The notes under the pieces: generated by a model
Databases searched by the model: none
What the model was told of the DNA's origin: nothing
The model's input: the letters and a program-made list of their open reading frames with translations, nothing else
Assembly: GCA_010093605.1 (NCBI GenBank)
Contig: MU004197.1
Span: 682,001-746,000 of the forward strand
Length of the DNA: 64,000 nucleotides
Source: Lophium mytilinum
Taxonomy: Eukaryota
Direction: 5' to 3'
Translations under genes and position numbers: made by a program
Part shown: piece after piece, positions 1-13,839 of the stretch
How positions within the stretch are numbered: position 1 is the stretch's first letter
Layout: the number at the start of each line of letters is the position of its first letter

Positions 1-287
1 GCGGGAATCCCCGGCTTCGATGTTCTCGGAGAGGTTGAAGGAGCTGGAGGATAGCCCGGCTTCGATGTCGCCGGTGAAGGAAGACGGGAGGCGCTGATAG
101 AGATGCGGGAAGGGGTTTGGAAGGTTGACAGTCGGGAGGCGGTGGGTCCAGTGGGAACGGGTGTAGTAGAGGGCTGTGGATGGTGTTAGTTTGGTGGACG
201 CTGGTGGAGGGGGATGAGGGGCAACGAACCTGTAGAAAGGATGAGGAGGAGAAGAAAGAGGTAGGTGGAGTAGGCTATGTAGCTCAT
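1..287 (-). CDS. DUF2015/UPF0357 (YCL012C-like) small membrane protein, 3' end runs off the window
   Basis: ATG at 287, intron 174-229 (GTTCGT..CTAAC..CAG). Spliced product MSYIAYSTYLFLLLLILSTALYYTRSHW...YQRLPSSFTGDIEAGLSSSSFNLSENIEAGDSR carries the SF..DIEAGLSS..F.L..N...GDSR motif I associate with this family. Confidence 0.8.
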
Positions 288-689
288 ATTTGCGGTTCTT
301 GTGGGTTTACGCGCTGGGTGATGTAGAGGGCGTTGGTGCACTTCCGCCGCGTCCGGAGGGACTACGCGGTTCTGAACAGTAGTAACACAAGGAAAAGATG
401 TCGCGGTGGATAGCTGGGTATACGCAGGCGGGAGGGCTCCCAGCGCTGCTATTAGAGCTTAGAGGTGGCGTAGTCGAGGAGAGTGAGAGAGTGAATGAAG
501 CGTGATACCTACCTGTCTCTCCCCGAACGTGGTCGTCAGCTGCTGCGGCGGGTTGCATGACTAAACGGGTGTATTTTCGGATTGCAGTTCTTCCATGCCG
601 ACCGCGCCCGCACGGACGCCCACACAAATCGAGCCTCGAACTTCACGCGCGAGACGACTTGCTAGACAATACCCAAACACGCAGGTACA

Positions 690-1499
690 ATGGCGACCAA
701 CATTTCCTCGGACCTGATTTGGGAGGTTACCCGTACGTCTACTCCCCTCCCGAAATACTAGGAAGAACAGGAAATCAAAATGGAGGATCGAGAGAAATTC
801 GAGGAAGATCGAGAGCTGATGAAAGACCAGGCGGCCACAGTGCCTATCTCGTGAAGAGGAAGGGTGCCGGTGGTGTGCAGTTCTCGCGCGACCCGTTGAA
901 CTTGAAGAACCAGTACAGGCGGAAGGTCAGATTCCATCCCGATCTTCAATTCCTGGATTTGAACATTTAGCTAACAATGCGCAGTACGAGGGTGTCGCCA
1001 ATGACCAGGTACGTTAACCACACCAGATTCCGAAGAGCTCGATTGAACGATTTGGATGCTTGGGATATTGAGAACACTTGGACAATGGCTTATGCAGGAA
1101 ACAGGCCTTCGGTGTCCAACCCTCCGCTGACGGCGGCGTTATCCTCTCGGTCAAGAAGTCCGACAAGTCCCACAAGCCCGCCTCCTCTTTGCAGACCACC
1201 ACATTCGGCTCCGGAAAGTCGTCGCGGAAGTACGTAGACCTTCTTCTCCGATTTCCAGGAGATATCTGTCACGAGCCACGTGGAAATGGGAGCACGCTGG
1301 CATTATTGAACCGGTAGCTAATCGATGTTTTAGGACCTACTCTAGCATCGTGAACAGCACCACCAAGCGCAGCTACCGCCCCGACCTCCGCGCCGAGGCT
1401 GTCTCGCGCGCCTCTGCCATCCGCAAGAGCCAGAAGCCCGTCAAGGCCGACCGACCAAGCAAGCTGAGGGGAGCCAAGGCGAAGGCTGCTGCTGCGTAA
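690..1499 (+). CDS. RPL28: 60S ribosomal protein L28e
   Basis: Five exons, including a 24-nt exon at 985-1008. Spliced: MATNISSDLIWEVTRGHSAYLVKRKGAGGVQFSRDPLNLKNQYRRK...SIVNSTTKRSYRPDLRAEAVSRASAIRKSQK. Canonical splice signals; TAA at 1497-1499. Confidence 0.93.
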
Positions 1500-1775
1500 G
1501 GGACTTGTTGAAGGAATGAGGGGTAGCATGCGGCATGAGAACGGCGTGCAATTCAGGAATCAGATACCTCCAATGTCCAAGTGAGGGCAGTTGAGCATCA
1601 AAACATGTTTCATTTTGGGTGACTTTCGCTATCGCCGCTGTAGGCTCATGCAAATTACGCCCCTTCCACCAGCCTTTTGACATAGCCCAGCCTGTTAAGG
1701 CCACCCAGACGCCGCTCCAACGCCATACACATGCAAGAAAAGAGAATACCTACTTACATGTCGATCAGTTCGGCA

Positions 1776-2857
1776 TCACCGTCTGGGGAACCCAGGTGGT
1801 GGATTGAAACCGGCGGGCAGTCCAGGAGGCGGTCCAAAGCCAGCCGCAGGCGGGGGTCCAGAGAAACCTGGGGGCTGGAAGTTGATGGGTCCCCCGTAAC
1901 CAGCGTTTGACTGAGGTGGCCTTGCGGGGAGACCAGCTGGCGGCGGCGGCAGTGGCGTACTCGACATAGGCCGCTGCTGATGTGGGGGCGGGACGCTGTT
2001 GAAGCCGTTGTGGTGAGGAGCCATACCAAAGCCAGGCGGAGGGCCTCCGTTCATACGACCATCGCCCATCATCATCGCCGAAGGTGCGGGAGGCGCGAAT
2101 ACTTGCGAGGGGAATGGCTGTACCACTGGTTGGACGTTGTTCTTCCGGGCCTGTGCTGCTAGCATGCGCTCTGCTTCGTCACCATGTCGCTCGCCCTTGC
2201 CGTCCTTCTTGTAGGCGTACTGGACGGAGATCTCCTTGTTCATTAGATATTGACCGTGCATGTTCTGGATGGCAGCGTCGGAGGCGTCGAAGTCGGTGAA
2301 GGAGACAAAGCCGTAGCCCTTGGACAGATTCGACTCATCGCGAGCGACCTAGCAGACATGTCAGATACTAATCCAAGGCATGAGGAGCGGGGCTTGCCTT
2401 CGGCGGTTGCATTAAGGGCCCAAATCGTTGGAAAGTGTCCATGAGGACCTTCTCGTCCACCATAGGATCCAGGTTTCCGACGAAAAGCTCCGCGCCAACT
2501 TCGACCGTCTTCTGCTTGTCTGCTGATGCCTTGTTCACCCGAATTTGCTTTTGGTAGACCCGGATTCCGTTCATGATCTTGGCCGCATATTCGGCCTCGT
2601 CTTCACTGCCGAACTCGACGAAGCCGTAGCCTTGGTGCGTTTGAGTGACTCGGTCCTTGGGCATATGGACATTGAGGATGCGCCCAACCTGGAGCATCAG
2701 CTCCCATATCAGCTGGTCCGTCACGCGCTCGTCGAGGTTGCCGACGTAGATTGTCGCGTCCTTGTCTTGATCCCTGCGGTCCATGGTGAGCGGTTGTTTG
2801 GGTTCTGTTAGAGAGATGAAAGATTTGCGACTCTTACCAGTGCCTTGAGCTGGCCAT
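1776..2857 (-). CDS. HSH49: U2 snRNP SF3b subunit 4 (SAP49/Hsh49): two RRMs plus a Pro-rich tail
   Basis: [25 protein letters not shown]...HQGYGFVEF...VNKAS...[17 protein letters not shown]...[16 protein letters not shown]. Two GT-AG introns. Confidence 0.93.
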
Positions 2858-3073
2858 GTTTGTGCTTGCGACGGGTGAATGCAGCTTCCAAGGCGCCAGG
2901 AACGTTTGATTTGCGGAGGAAGGCGCGCGGGCGGTGGCAGAATGTCTTGGCACTGGGACACAATTCTGCTCTCCAACCTTAACGACGGCATCCATTGCCA
3001 TCAACGTCGCCTCACAATCCGCTACTCCATCATCCTCGTTATCCCGCTTCCAGAACCTCTCCTGTCTATCAAA

Positions 3074-3443
3074 ATGGTGTCACTATCAGAAGAGTCCAAG
3101 GTTTGCCCGCCAGACACCGGTACTGCGTCATGGACCTGACATCGCCATAGGAGCGCATCGCGAGAATCATTGACGTTTCACGCGTTGCCATACACTAGTT
3201 CGTTTCCCCATTGGTATCTCGTGTGCTAGATACTGATTCTTTTTAGTGGCTATCTCCCCTTGATCCTCTACCTCGGTGCGCTCTAATAACCTCCGCCGAA
3301 GTCACCTCTGCATTGTCCTAACAGCGCCCAGGTTATACCCACAGCGAGCCAAGGCCATCCATCATCCGGTGAGCAAGCATCACGCTGACAAGAGAGTATT
3401 GGCTCAGTCTAACCGTCCCAGACTCTTCTCTCCCCTGGCATGA
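3074..3443 (+). CDS. TOM7: Mitochondrial import receptor subunit Tom7
   Basis: Five tiny exons splice to [53 protein letters not shown]. Only partly visible in the ORF track. Confidence 0.93.
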
Positions 3444-4322
3444 ACAGCGCATACGATATCTGGAAAGCGAAGGCAGCAGTGTACAATACTCAGGCGTACG
3501 GAATTGGGATGCTTATGGTTGCACGAATGCGGTCAGTCGGGGGAGAGTGCCGTTGGCGCATCAGCGTTTGGTCGAATCTCCGCTTGGGACTGCATGTTTC
3601 GCCGCATCATCCGGTCAAGTCCTGGAAGCCACACGCCATAGGAAGCTAAAGATAGCCAAGGAATACACCAATGTACAACAGTTGAGCTATTATCAATCCA
3701 AGATCGTGCGTGGGCTGTGGCGTCCGGTTCTGCAGTGACGACGAGTTGAGGCTGAAGCGAGTGCAATTTTGTATACTTTAGGGTGAAAAGCGAGGCGCAA
3801 TGCACATATTGGGACTGCCTCGTGCATGTACAGCCCCACCAAACCGCTGTCACGCTATGAGGGTGTGAGCGCTTCCTGGTAGCCTTTCCTGCATTTGCGA
3901 CGTTCCTGGCTGGATAGTGGATTCCTCGCCAATGGTGTTGTATCATGCCCCCACGTGCTCGCAGGGCTCGAGCCAAGAGCAATACCTGACATCGCAGAGC
4001 GCTCCCAAACCAACCGTCCCAGGTCACCGATCAGCCAGTGAATCCGTTCACCCTGGCCAGCATGTCGCCCCGAGTCCGAGGACCGTAGCCCTGGGTGGGA
4101 TATGCCCACTGGCGTGCCGTGCGCTGCGTAGGAAGGCTCCCATCCGTCCCCCACCTGTCAAGGTGGACCTCAAAGTTGCCATCTGCTCCCAAACGTTTGA
4201 CGCCTGAAGAAAGAGCATAATGAACACTTGACTGTCACCCACATCTGCTCGGAGTTCGTCTCTGTTGCGCTGTCTAATCTTATCATCAACAACCTCGAAC
4301 TCGCTTTGCGCCAACCGTCAAT

Positions 4323-6588
4323 ATGGCGGGTATTCCCAGCATTGGAGACATCTTAATGCTGTCACAGCTGGCCTGGAAGATCGGCAGAGCATTTACCGCA
4401 GGAAGGAAAGGCGCGCCGGCAGCATTTCTCGAGGTTGAAACAGAAGTCAACGGCCTCGCCAGAGCACTGAAGCTCCTAGCAGAAACGCTGTTCGCCGACG
4501 CTGACGATAGCGTACTCTCCAAAGCCGACAAGGACACCAAGTATGGAGTCGCAACTATACTACTGTCATGTCAACAGACGCTTCACGACCTAGATTCCCT
4601 CACGGACCAATATCAAATCATCAAAAAGCACCGTACAAGCGGCGGATTCGCTGTTGAGAGATCGTGGAGCGATCTTGTGCTCTGCAGCTACAAGACCATG
4701 ATGTGGACTACCGAAGGCGGGAATATCCAGGCTTTGAGAAACATGCTGCACATGCACATGAGCACCATTACACTCACCATGCAGGCTTTACAGAGGTAAG
4801 CGTGCACTCTAATCGGATATTACTAGTGACACTGACCACCCTCAAAAGCAAATCCCTGTCTCGTCTGGAAAACACCGTGACACCCATGGCCGAAAAGATC
4901 GACGATATCCACCAGCAGACTGGCGATCTAGCTGAGAAGCTGGAAGATATCCATAGCATCGTTCGTGCCATTGCCGGAGAGACTCCTCGGATACGTCCAA
5001 GGCAAGACAGCGAGAATGGCAATAGTCGACCATCCAGCACTTACCATCTGGACTACCAAACCTCCCAATCACAGCAAGCTACCCCAACAGCAACTTCATA
5101 CACTCCACGAGATCTGCTTCCACAACGGCAAAGCTCTCGAATTACTCCCCAGCAGACGCCCGAGCTTGTTGGCTCAGAGCTATCCTCCTCCGCTTCCTCC
5201 ACTAAACGCATATCAAGCTTCAGCTTTGGCGGCTCGCAATCACAATATGCGAGCAGCTACGCGGGATCCGACGCAGGATCCTCCAATGGCTACACCAGCC
5301 CCATGGGAAGTCGCTCTCCCATCGCCGAAAGACGACCATCGAAACGCGGCGAGCCCAATCTCATGAGAACTCCTGAGCTGCCAGAGATGACAGAGCACCA
5401 AAACACCGATAGCACGCTCAGATGGTCGATGGAGAAACTCCCACAGCCCGCGTTAGACATTCCGCCAGAACCAGACATGGAACCTGTATCCCATTTTCAG
5501 AAACTCAGTATAACGCCATTAACTCAGTCAAGCCCCCTCATGCTTCATCGGAGCTCCACGAGCGCGAGTCAGCAGAACGACTTCGAAAAGGCTGCTTTCA
5601 GGAACTCGGCCGTCCTATGTGATGTGTAAGTCGATCAGTCGCACTCCTGCCGCCCACCTCGTGCCACCCATCTCCAAACCCTTGCTAAACCTCACCCAGC
5701 CGCGGCACCCTTGTTGAATACACCCGCGCCATCGAAACCGACGACGAGCCCTTCGGCGTCGAAATGGCGCAAGCCTGCACCGCCTGCCGCATCTGCGTCG
5801 TCCGCAAGCGCGAGACCTCCGCCGACCGCTCCATCCGCATGATCACCTCCATCTGGGCCTTCAGCTCCGACAACACGGTCCGCTTCCAGCAAAAGCTCGC
5901 CGACGGCGAACTCTACGTACCCTACTCGAGCTACTTCTCCCCAGAAAAGATCTCGGTAACCGTGCCAACCGAAGTCAAGTACCACGACGTGCGGTACGGC
6001 AGCAAGCCCCTCAAGACCGCGAAAACGAGCTGGATCAATTACGTGTTCGAGGAGGTGGCGGGCGCGACGCTGTTCCAGACGGAGCTGATGGGCCGCACGC
6101 TGCTGGCGACTTTCCGCACGGAGAAGACGCTGCGGATTCATGAGGGTCTTTCGAGTGTGCTCACGTATGCGGAGCAGATGTGCGGGATGGAGAATTTGAG
6201 GTTGTGGGAGGATGAGGCGACGAATGCGGTTATTGCGACGATTCATTTTAGCGCGCATTTTCGGAATGGGTATCTTGCGTTTTATCTGAATTCGTCGAGT
6301 AGTCCGGTGCGTGTGAAGGATGAGGGGGGGAGAGAGGTGAAGATTAAGGGACTTCGGGTACCTGTGGATGGAAGGGTGGATCAGAGGAAGGATAGTGGGG
6401 CGGGAGTGTCGGGGGTTGGGGAGAAGGGGGCGAGGAGAGGGAGCGAGGTGGAGAAGGAGAAGAAGGGGCGGTATATTGCGGGAGCAAAGATTGAGTTCGC
6501 GAGTGAGGCGGAGAAGAGGGCGTTTCTGGTTACGGTGAAGGAGGTGCAAAAGACGATGCGGGAGTTACCTGATTTGGTGGGGGTATGA
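4323..6588 (+). CDS. Conserved fungal hypothetical protein: N-terminal helical (HeLo/STAND-N-like) domain, Ser-rich linker, beta-rich C-terminal domain
   Basis: ORFs 4323-4799, 4664-5629 and 5764-6588 are joined by introns at ~4796-4848 and ~5626-5699 (both GTAAG donors). The N-terminus SIGDILMLSQLAWKIGRAF...APAAFLEVETEV resembles fungal STAND N-terminal domains. Confidence 0.75.
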
Positions 6589-7133
6589 TGGTGTCGAAAG
6601 AGGAGCAGTGGAGTATCGGATTTCTCAAAAGGATGGCCGGGTTGGTGCCATTGATCAAGAGCATTTTGGACATAGGCGGGGCTGGGGTGGTAGATTGCTG
6701 GTTGGATCTAATGGGTGAGGATGCTGCGGCTATGCTCCGGGATTATGGCGAAGGAGAGGGCACATTCTAAATCGTATGTATGCTAATGATACAGCTTGGC
6801 GCTATGAAAACAGACGCACTCGGGATGTAAAGAATCGAAGGGTGTGAATCAGAGAAGTGTAAAGCTAAGACGCGAGAATGTGATTCGAGGCGCGTGAATT
6901 GTGATATCAGGATCATGCACCACGTCAGGGACGCATCAGACAGTAGGTTCACATGCTTCAAGATTTGGTCGCCAGCAAGCACCAGCTTTTGTCTCAGTTC
7001 TGCACTGAGTTATACCAATTGTGATGCAATTAGATTGTTGCTCATATATGATTGTCCATCATGAGTCGTGAACGATCATCAAGCGCCATCAAGCATGCCA
7101 AAGACCAAGGTCTATGTGACTTCCGTCGCCCAC

Positions 7134-8858
7134 TTACGAGATGGTCTTCTCCCGGAAAGTGATCCCATATTTCTCGGTCAGCGTCTTCATCAGGGGCCTT
7201 GCAAGCTCAGGTGACATGGGGGCGAGGATGCCCTTCTCGCTGATAGTGCCGTCCAACACCTGCTGCACCGCGACGGCGCAAGGCACGCCCACCAACTTCG
7301 CCATCGCGGAGTAGCCCTTGGGGTCACCGTATTCGCACAGGGTCGAAGTGCGTGTCTCCTTGCTACCGTCCTTGTTCTCGATCTCGAACTTATGCTGGAG
7401 CATGACGAAGTCACGTTCGCCCTCCTCGTACTGCATCTTCTTCTCCAAAGTAGCGCATAGGGTATCGAGTGGGTTAGAGCGTGCGGTAATGTCCTCGTCG
7501 CCGAAGAGACCAATCCAGCGGAGACCATCGATGATGCGATCCTTCTCATCGTTGTTCTTGAACGTAGTGCGCGAACTGATAGCCCAGATGATGTCCTCTT
7601 CAGCGCGGGAGGTGGCACCAACGATCTTTGAGGTAGCCTCCTTCCAGCTGATCGAGGCGCCGGGCTTGAGGTAGTCTTTCTCCTCATCGCTGAGAAAGCC
7701 GATATCCACAAGAGTCTTGATGAACTCTGGGAATCCTTGATAGCGCAGAGTGCCTCGGATGATAGTCTGTGCCTCAGGAATCTGGTAGCGCACCCGATAC
7801 GGAGTAGAATCGCGGTTGGGGTAGGCGACAAAAGCATAGCCGGGGTAGATGTAGTAGGGCTGGGCGGTAGCCATCAGTCCTTCGGATGTTACATCAACAA
7901 TCTTGCCGTCCTTGTAGTATTTGGCGGGATTTCGGAGAGCTAGTAGCACACCACGAGAGCTCCAGCTGAACTTGTATCCGAGCGGGTTGTCCGAGTCCTC
8001 GGGTGCTGGGAGTCCTCCACAGTACGACAAGAAGCTCAAGACCTTGCCACCAGCTTTGTGAACCTCGTCAATCGTAAGGACGGCGGAGAGATGATCAAGT
8101 CCGGGGTCAAGGCCAATCTCGTTCATGACTGTGATGCCTGCGTCTTTGGCCTTCTGGTCCAGCTCTTCCATCTACAATGTTTAGCGCTTTGTGTATACAA
8201 GATCGATTTGAGGCAGACGTACAGCTGGGCTGACATAGGATGTGGTGACAACATTCTTCTTGTTTCGGATCGCAGACTCGATGACCGTGGCATGGAAGGT
8301 GCTTGGAAATGTTAGCATTCATGGTTTCTGTAAGCGAAGGGCCAACTTACTAAGGAATCAAGCTGATAACGACGGAAACTTTGGCAACCTCCGCATCGAG
8401 GGCTTTCGCATCCGAGACATCGAGCTAAACATCTTCAGCAACATGCGACTGGAAAAGGAAGACATTGGATGGCCTACGCTGATGGCGGACGCGTTCTTGA
8501 TGCCGCTAGCTAGCTTCTTCGCGCTCTCCAATGTTCTGCAGGCTATGACCACATCAACTGATGCCTCCAGTATACGATTGTGCCATCCTACCAACTGTGA
8601 CGCTGACGCCCGAGTTTCCTAGAATCTCCGCTGTGGGACGAGTGCTGTTCCATTGTTACGAACATCCGGATAGAATGAGGTGTTATACATACACGAAGCC
8701 TGCACCAAGCAGTAGGACGGACCTGGGAGTGAGTTAGAGATTGGACCAGACATTGGTGAACAGGATTGCTTACTTGGAGCTGCCGAGGATGGCTGAGAGG
8801 AATGGTTATTTTGAGCCCAATTGGAGGTCAGAGCGTACTTACGGAGCATGGAATCCAT
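7134..8858 (-). CDS. LYS9: Saccharopine dehydrogenase (NADP+, L-glutamate-forming)
   Basis: Spliced KSVLLLGAGFVTRP...VACRTLESA...SLIPYTFH...TTSYVSPA...MNEIGLDPGLDHL...SYCGGLPAPEDSDNPLGYKFSWS...GTLRYQGF. The 5' micro-exons are 16, 19 and 30 nt; the exact start codon is less certain. Confidence 0.95.
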
Positions 8859-9212
8859 AGCGGCGTTCTGGATTTCTTGGATACGGGTTTCTGCAGGTTC
8901 GAATGCAAGCGTTGGAGTCGCAAATTGAGTCAACGCCCCTCAAATATTTCTCGCCCTCCTAGCGGGGCTCTTGCGTGTTTGGGCTCCGTCATCGCATGCC
9001 AAGAATGGGATTTGCTCCAAGCTCGACAGGGGGCGGCCCGACTTTCATGCGACATTCACTACCTCCCTTGGCAACTAGCAACACGGTGGCATCTTGCATC
9101 TTTTCCGAAGCAGAGGCCTGCAGTAAAGTTACACGACGCTGGGAGAGCGCTGTGATGTTGAAAGAGGCGTGTTAACCCATCACGACTCTCCAAAATCCGA
9201 CAAGTCGCCAAT

Positions 9213-12053
9213 ATGCCGTCTGCCGTGGACTCCGGGGATGACCTGTATGCTGCTGTTAAGCAGGTAGTTAATCCTCATGAATTCTAATTGATGTTCTCAA
9301 TGACTAACCCAAGCTGTCTAGATAACACAGTCGTCTTCAGACTCGGACTACATTGACCAGCTGGTCCCTGTTATGAGAGATGTTCGCTATTCGGACCGCG
9401 CAGGGCATCTCATCCAAGCGCTAAACCAGATATCCGCTGAGCGGGAATCTGAAATTGAGCGCATGTGCAACTCAAACCATCAGGAATTCGTCAGCTCTGT
9501 GAATTCTTTATTACGAGTCCGGGAAGGCACTGTGGACATGACCACCCAAATTCTCCAGTTGAATCAATCCATCCAAGCCAGCACGGAGAACCTCGCCGCC
9601 CAAAAGAAAGCCCTTGTAGACTCGCGCGGAGTACGGCAGAGCATCGACGAGACATCGGAAGCTCTGAACGCATGTCTGGAGGTTCTCCGCGTCGCAAATC
9701 AAGTACGAGATTTACTTCTCGAAAAGAACCATTATGCGGCCCTGCGTTCCCTCGATGAACTACAAAACGTTCATTTGAAAGAGGTCGGACGGTACAAGAT
9801 TGCCGAAATGATCGAAAGATCTGTTCCGGCTACTCAGAGGTTAATCGCAAACGCGGTCATGGACGATCTAAACACCTGGCTTTATCGCGTCCGGGAAGCC
9901 TCTCAGTACTTGGGCGAAGTTGCCTTCTTTCAAACGGATCGCCGACGGACACGCCATGAAGAGCGAATGCAGCAAGACGAACACTTCATGAAATTCAAGC
10001 TCAACTCCGCTATGGACCTTGTGGCTGACGAGACTGATGAGTTTGATATCATGAACAATGAAGAAATGCAGACGGAATTCGACTTTTCTCCGCTCTTCGA
10101 ATGCATGCATATCCACGAAACTTTGGGCCGTAGCGATTACTTCCGTGCGGAATACGCTTCGAATCGTCGAAAGCAGAAGGATTTGATCATTCCTTCATCA
10201 CTAAACCTCCTAGACGACGATGGCTCTGATCTTAGCAGCTTTCTGGAAAGCATTGCCGGCTTCGCAATCATCGAAAAAGCGACGATCAAGAGGACGAATA
10301 ATTTTAGAGCGAATGTCGACGTTCGTACTAATACCTGTCCTCCGAGACCAACGCTAATCTCAAGCAGGTCGATGAACTATGGGACTCCATGTGCCAAAGC
10401 ATGGCTACCTTGATAACCAACGGATTGCCTTTGGTCGACAATGACAATCTTCTACTCAAGATCAAAGGACGAGTTGCACTCTTCATGCTTACTATGGAGG
10501 TGGGTGTCATTCGCATTCGCCATGCATAGAAAATTCTGACGTCGTTTTAGAAATGGGGATATTCGGTTAAGAATCTTTACGATTTGCTACTTACTCTTTT
10601 CGACAAATACTCAGACCTCCTCAAGCAGCGCTTTAGTGAGGACTTCCAAGAAGTAAGTCTCCTTGTTGATTTCCTACAGTGATGCTAAACCAAGACAGAT
10701 TGTTTCGACTGATGACTACATGCCAATGCCAATCAACAACCTCGAAGAATACGACAAAGTCGTCAATGTCAGCTGGTACACCCCAAGCCAAGCCCGCGAG
10801 CAGCTCACGTACGTATCCAACTCGATAGCTCTAAGTACACTGATTAACCATTTAGATTCCCCTGCGTTCTTCCATTCTCCCAAATGTATCCTCTCTGTTG
10901 CATTGACATTCGCAACTTCCTTAATCAAATATATTTATTCTCCGATGATCACTTCCAGCGCTCTACCGTCATCGACGAGACGCTTAGAAATGTAAGCCGA
11001 GTCCGGCAATGTAAACCCAGCATATATATACTTATACATCGAATGGGCCAGTCTCTTGATGAGCTGTTATGCGAAAAGGTCTGCCAATCTTTGGTAGAGC
11101 GCCTCAGCTCTCAATATCCCGGACAAATTGTCCAGATCCTCACCAACCTGGAGCATTTCGAGATCGCTTGCCAAGAGCTGCAGGACTTGCTTTTCCAGGC
11201 ACGATCATCAGGTTCCGCCACCGGCCCTGTCATTCTGCAAGCAACGGAGCAGTTCCGTAATGCCAAAAAGACGGCATCGGATCGTATCTTCGAACTGGTC
11301 AACTCCAAGATCGATGATCTCATCGAAACTGCCGAGTATGATTGGTATGTGCTCAAAGCTCCTCTGGATCTTCGACGCCACGTCACTAACGATGCTCCAG
11401 GATGGCTACGGTGCCTACCACAGAGACCAGCAATTACATGCAGGAGCTTACGCGTTACCTCTCTAACATCATGAACTCCGTTCTCCTTGGCCTGCCAACG
11501 GATATCAAAGAGTTCATCTACTTCGATGCCCTTAGTCACGCCGCATCCGCAATTTTGGTAGCCCTTCTCATTCCATTCCCCATCTGAACTCGGAACTAAC
11601 TCGTCTTGTCTCAGGAACTCCCCCTACACGAATCCGTGAAGCGAATCACTCCGGCCGCGGTCACCGCTCTCGTGACCGACGCAGACTTCCTTTCGTCCTT
11701 CGTCGACAGTTTGAACAACCCTATCTTGAAGGAGAATCTTGACGAGCTGGTGCAAACCGTGGCACTGATGGCGACCGACAACTCGGACGAATTCTTCGAC
11801 GTAGCACAGCGGAATCGAAAGTATGGTAAGGTTGACAGAGAGAAAGGAGCTATCTTGATTGAGAAGTAAGTTTTCATCACCCGGATTGCTCAGATGACTG
11901 CGACTCTTCCGGCGTGCATTGCGACCTAGTAGAAAGCCTAGGGCTGTTGCTAACGATCTACGCAGGGTCATGGAGGGCGCAGCCGTGGCAGCGCAGAGCC
12001 CGTCAAAGCCGTCTGATAGGTTTGCGACGATTGGTTCCAGGTTCCGAAGATAG
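9213..12053 (+). CDS. SEC15: Exocyst complex component Sec15
   Basis: Multi-exon. Motifs EIERMCNSNHQEFVSSV, DFSPLFECMHIH, DDYMPM, LPFSQMYPLCCIDIR, QIVQILTNLEHF, IFELVNSKIDDL. The last exon ends ...GSRFRR TAG at 12053. Confidence 0.92.
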
Positions 12054-12699
12054 ACCTTGTATGATACGCTTGCTTGTGGTGTTGGAATGGATCGGATGCT
12101 TGTGGAGACGGTATCTCAGTGGCATTTCTGGAGTCTGGCAGCATGGCGCAAATGAAGCGTTTGTATACCTCAATATAACAGTCGTTATGCTTGCACCTCC
12201 TCGTATTCCACTGCTCTGTTTTTCCATTTGTGCAATCTCATTCATCTTGTACATCGTCTCCCGTCTATCTCACGCGTTTCCTCATCGCTAGCACAGGCTG
12301 GCATCTGCGTAGCAAAAGCACCACTTTCAAGTAGCTGTACTACCTGCTAAGCATCATTATACCTCACGTATTCCAACATTGCGCTCTTACCCCTGCCAGA
12401 GCAATCAGGATCTTTGCTTGCTAACCATGCGCTCAGGGACCAGCACTCCATCACTGGGTGAATCCAGGAAAGAGTCAATATTCGTCCAAAATACCGCCGC
12501 CATGACCTCTTCTCCTCCTTCATTTCCCCTAGAGAGCCACCTACTGGCACAAGTTCTGGCTGCGAAGCAATCCCGCTCGCCATCCCTGATTCCCAGTCGC
12601 GCGAACACTCTTGCGCACCAAGACCCCCAATTTGTTTGGGCGAAAGGAATTAGATTCCCACAATATGTGCTTTACGCTGATCCTGATCTACAGATTCCT

Positions 12700-13160
12700 C
12701 CTCCTGCAATTGATACCTTTGCAGGTGTCTTGGTTCTGAAAAGATCCTCGTCCTCGCTCCGGGACAGCTGACTTGAGGGACACTAGCCCGTACGACCACA
12801 CCAATAAATTCCGCGATTCGCGTCACCAATTCCTAAGTCTTTATGATAAGGTACCGATCTACGTCTTTAATGCAGTGACCCTACTGCTGTATCTGCGCCA
12901 GCCATGGTCGTCGAGGGCGACTTTGCCGTCGCTCGCGCCGGCCTCTCAAGGACACCAGCTCGCAACGACATCGCCATCAAGTTCCGCGTTTCGAGTCCCT
13001 GACTCCTAAGACTGTACGCGAAGGTACTACTCGATCTCTTCAATGCAGTATCCCTATCACTCTACCTTCGCCAGCCATGATTGTCAAGGGCGACTTCGCC
13101 GTCGCTCGTCTCCCAGCCCATTAAAGACACCAGCTCGCGACAACGACATCAACATCTCCC
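12700..13160. repeat. Degenerate tandem repeat, ~3 x ~173 bp
   Basis: GACAC(C/T)AGC(T/C)CG recurs at ~12779, ~12951 and ~13125. Copies 2 and 3 share AATGCAGT...CGCCAGCCATG...AGGGCGACTT.GCCGTCGCTCG. Confidence 0.7.
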
Positions 13161-13839
13161 CAGAAACGTCGTCCCCTTCTAAGATCGCTCTCCAAGGCAC
13201 TTCCAAATCCTCCCAATCCAGCGCCCCCATCCCCATCTCTACACCATCCCTCCTTACCCAGCGCATCCGCCATCAGCCTTCCCGCCCTGCTCAACACCAC
13301 GTGACCAACCCGCCTCTACACGCACACGGCCGCCAGGAAACCGGCGCCCATCCGTCCATCCATCGAAGCAGCCATCCACCACATTCCGCCAGTTTCCACG
13401 CCTCCTCCTCACCCCCAACCAATTCCCCCATCGCGGACAGTCGGACGAACGAGTTTCCCGAGAAGTGGGGCGTGGAAACTGGCCGAAAGTCGCGGACGCT
13501 CCCAACCGGAAAGATGTTCGTCCGGTGACTCAGAAATCAGCCCACCGGCTGGACTGTTGGGGCGTGAGCAAGTTTCTGTGCAGGGGGGGAGGGATGAGCG
13601 AGTTTTCCGGCACGTGGGAGGTGTGGCGGTGCGGCGTGGGCGGTTTAAGGAGACGGAGAGAGGGGGCAGGAGAAACTCTTGGGGACGGTTTAGGGAAGGG
13701 CGGGGTCACGTGCTGGGTGGGCTACGACGCATGGGGGTGTTGGGGGGTAAGAGGGAGGCTGGAGGAGGTTGATTCCAGAGGGTCTGAGTTGGTTCTGGGC
13801 ATTTGGGGGTGGTTTGAGGATGGGGTGGGTGAGGAAGTG

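Noticed and set aside
5692..6549. 285-aa minus-strand ORF and other long antisense ORFs over LYS9, SEC15 and STE12
   Set aside because: These are antisense shadows of real genes.
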